Of a stretch of DNA of 64,000 bases, positions 62,028 to 64,000 are shown in pieces. The notes beneath the pieces are model-generated. The model made no database searches. It was not told where the DNA came from and saw only the letters and a list, made by a program, of their open reading frames with translations. Every line of letters starts with the position of its first letter. Within the stretch, counting starts at the first letter, position 1. The DNA comes from an uncultured Verrucomicrobiae bacterium (GTDB lineage: Bacteria; Verrucomicrobiota; Verrucomicrobiia; Limisphaerales; Palsa-1400), in contig CAVPOM010000018.1 of NCBI GenBank assembly GCA_963707025.1, forward strand, positions 416,001-480,000, written 5' to 3'. The position numbers and the translations under genes are program-made.

Positions 62028-63038
62028 TCAACGGTTTGCTGTCGGGGCGGATTGTCCCCCCTTTTGGCTTCCCGAGGCTTGGATGAGCGATTGGAGACGC
62101 TTGCCCACGTCACGCGTGAACGCTTCCGCTCCAATCGCATTGAGGTGTTGCGAATTGTAGAAAAGGTCGCGGTTTTTGGAAAACTCCGACTCGCTATAGT
62201 CCCAAAACGGGACATGATAACGGTCAGCGATTTCGCGGAATTTGGCAAAGATCTCCGCGCGATTGGTGACCATGTTGAGCATTTTGCAATATTGCGGCGA
62301 ATAAACCAAGACAATGCCGATGTCTTTGCTTTGGCAGGTCTGGATCAACTCTTCCAAGACCCGCACGCCGTTGCTGGAGACGTCGAATCCGACGCCATCC
62401 GGATGCATTGCCTTGAAGAGATCAAAGTCGCTATTCCATGCTTTGTTCATCGGACAAAAGCCGTCGAAATCGTCTTCGCGAGGGTTCAGACCGGTGAGGC
62501 CCCGCAGGCCAGAGAGCCAGCCTAAATTCACGTCCTCAACCACATAACCGTAGAGCGGAATGTATTTCCATTTCCACACCCTGGGATTGATTTGGAGCAG
62601 GGCTTGGTAGAGTGGGCGTTCGCTTAAATAGGGCACGTACTGGAAAGGCGCAAAGATTTCATCTCGCGGCGTGAGAGCGAAACTATGCACATCCAGGTTT
62701 TCCACGACCAGTTCCGGTTTGGCGTTGTGACGCAGATAAGCCTGGAGCACGGCCAGTTGAACGTCAGTATGCGAGGCGTTGCGAGCCAAGTTGAACGCGG
62801 TTTTGCCGGTCATGGCGCCGATGATCCTGGGATCGTAACCGCGGAAGGCCCGGGAGGAGCCACCGATGATCACCTGGGCGTTGACGCGGCCGGTCATGGC
62901 GCGGTTGAAAGCGCCGCCATCGCCAGTTTTCACGCGCTTTAGACCGGCGCCGATCAGCAGGTGAAGCCCGATGGCCAGTAAGCCGGCGAGGCCGAAGAAC
63001 AAGACAAGCCGCCGCACATCTCGAGGAAACGCTTTCAA
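62028..63038 (-). CDS. SGNH-like (AlgJ/DltD-type) periplasmic partner of the MBOAT
   Basis: N-terminal TM, IGGSSRA, FYNSQHLN..GA; overlaps the MBOAT stop. Confidence 0.75.
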   Translation of the reverse strand: MKAFPRDVRRLVLFFGLAGLLAIGLHLLIGAGLKRVKTGDGGAFNRAMTGRVNAQVIIGGSSRAFRGYDPRIIGAMTGKTAFNLARNASHTDVQLAVLQAYLRHNAKPELVVENLDVHSFALTPRDEIFAPFQYVPYLSERPLYQALLQINPRVWKWKYIPLYGYVVEDVNLGWLSGLRGLTGLNPREDDFDGFCPMNKAWNSDFDLFKAMHPDGVGFDVSSNGVRVLEELIQTCQSKDIGIVLVYSPQYCKMLNMVTNRAEIFAKFREIADRYHVPFWDYSESEFSKNRDLFYNSQHLNAIGAEAFTRDVGKRLQSLIQASGSQKGGQSAPTANR

Positions 63039-64000
63039 AATTGGAAGTAGATAAACTGTGTCTGTCGGAAAACGCCAAATAAAATGACAAGAAAGACCGC
63101 TGCAAAATAGCCCGCCCAGCGTGGAATCAGCGGCAGGCGCAAGAGAGGGTCGGTGAAGGATGTTGTGCGCGCAATCAACTGGCCCACCTCGAGGAGCAGG
63201 ATGCTCATCACCGCCACCGGCATTTGGCGCAGGTAGAACTGCACCGTGGCAACGTGGTGGATGTCCCAGTTGCGAAAGAAATGGGTCAGAACGTAAGCGG
63301 CGTCACCAAGATTACGGGCGCGAAATACGGCACAACCGGCACAAACGAGAAAAAACGTGGTGACCATGCTGATTCCGGCGCGCCAAGAGCTCTCCACGCC
63401 CAGACCGATGGATCCAAAGAAACGGTCGCGCAAACCCTTGCCCGCCCTGCCGGCAAGAAGGTAAAATCCGTTGAGCAAGCCCCACACCACGTAAGTCCAA
63501 TTGGCCCCATGCCACAGGCCGCAGATGCCAAAAGTGACCAGGATGGTAAAGACCCAGCGCTTCATTGCCACGCGTTTGCCAACCATAGGATAGTAAACGT
63601 AATCGCGGAACCAGGTGGAAAGGGAAATGTGCCAGCGCTGCCAGAATTCCGAGATCGAGCGGGAAAAATACGGATTGTCGAAATTCTCCATGAGCCGGAA
63701 CCCCAGGACGCGCGCCGCTCCAATGGCGATGTCCGAATAGCCGGAAAAATCGCAATAGATTTGGTAGGCAAAAAAGAAGGTGGCGATGGAAAGCTGCAAT
63801 CCGTTGCAGGCGGCGGGAGCGGCATAGACGTCGTTGACGTAAAGGGCCAGGCGATCGGCCACGACCAGCTTCTTGAAGAATCCCCACGCCATGCGTTTGA
63901 GGCCCGAGACCACGCGGTCATAGTCGAAGGGGTGGTCCTCGTAGAACTGGTGGAGCAGGTGTTGGGGTCGTTCGATCGGCCCGGCCACCAACTGCGGGAA
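63035..64000 (-). CDS. MBOAT family O-acyltransferase (AlgI/DltB type), 5' end outside window
   Basis: FPQLVAGPIER, GFFKKLVVAD, YCDFSGYSD, FWQRWHISLS, GLWHGANW, FIYFQF. Confidence 0.93.
   Translation of the reverse strand, partial: FPQLVAGPIERPQHLLHQFYEDHPFDYDRVVSGLKRMAWGFFKKLVVADRLALYVNDVYAAPAACNGLQLSIATFFFAYQIYCDFSGYSDIAIGAARVLGFRLMENFDNPYFSRSISEFWQRWHISLSTWFRDYVYYPMVGKRVAMKRWVFTILVTFGICGLWHGANWTYVVWGLLNGFYLLAGRAGKGLRDRFFGSIGLGVESSWRAGISMVTTFFLVCAGCAVFRARNLGDAAYVLTHFFRNWDIHHVATVQFYLRQMPVAVMSILLLEVGQLIARTTSFTDPLLRLPLIPRWAGYFAAVFLVILFGVFRQTQFIYFQF

Noticed and set aside
1..64000. CRISPR arrays, tRNA/rRNA, IS elements, prophage or defence genes
   Set aside because: No spaced direct repeats, RNA gene signatures, or transposase, integrase or nuclease motifs seen by eye.

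Overview
Almost the whole 64 kb window is one minus-strand cell-surface glycan and protein-sorting locus. It probably comes from a subdivision-3 Verrucomicrobiota bacterium, inferred from the VPDSG-type PEP-CTERM tail and the style of the exported proteins. It encodes an exosortase system: exosortase, PrsT-like TPR lipoprotein, outer-membrane beta-barrel, PrsK/PrsR, and one VPDSG-CTERM substrate with a sigma-54/IHF/enhancer promoter. It also encodes nucleotide-sugar enzymes, GT2/GT4/GT-C glycosyltransferases, both Wzx and Wzm/Wzt exporters, a Wza-like protein, an MBOAT/SGNH O-acylation pair and secreted glycanase-like proteins. Two cassettes are not explained by standard EPS biology. The first is a luciferase-free FabL-ACP-AMP ligase-LuxE-LuxC-methyltransferase-FabZ cassette at the head of the gene run ending in exosortase/PrsT, behind a sigma-54-like site. 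The second is a GMC oxidoreductase / gluconate-2-DH small subunit / EtfBA / membrane Fe-S oxidoreductase chain sitting among glycosyltransferases. Other notes: an RmlD-like paralogue with a Tyr-to-His change in YxxxK, an apparent Thr-Asn bias in exported proteins, two gene remnants, and about eight single-base indels that are most likely assembly errors. No rRNA, tRNA, CRISPR array or transposase was seen. All family calls come from motif recognition by eye; no searches were run.
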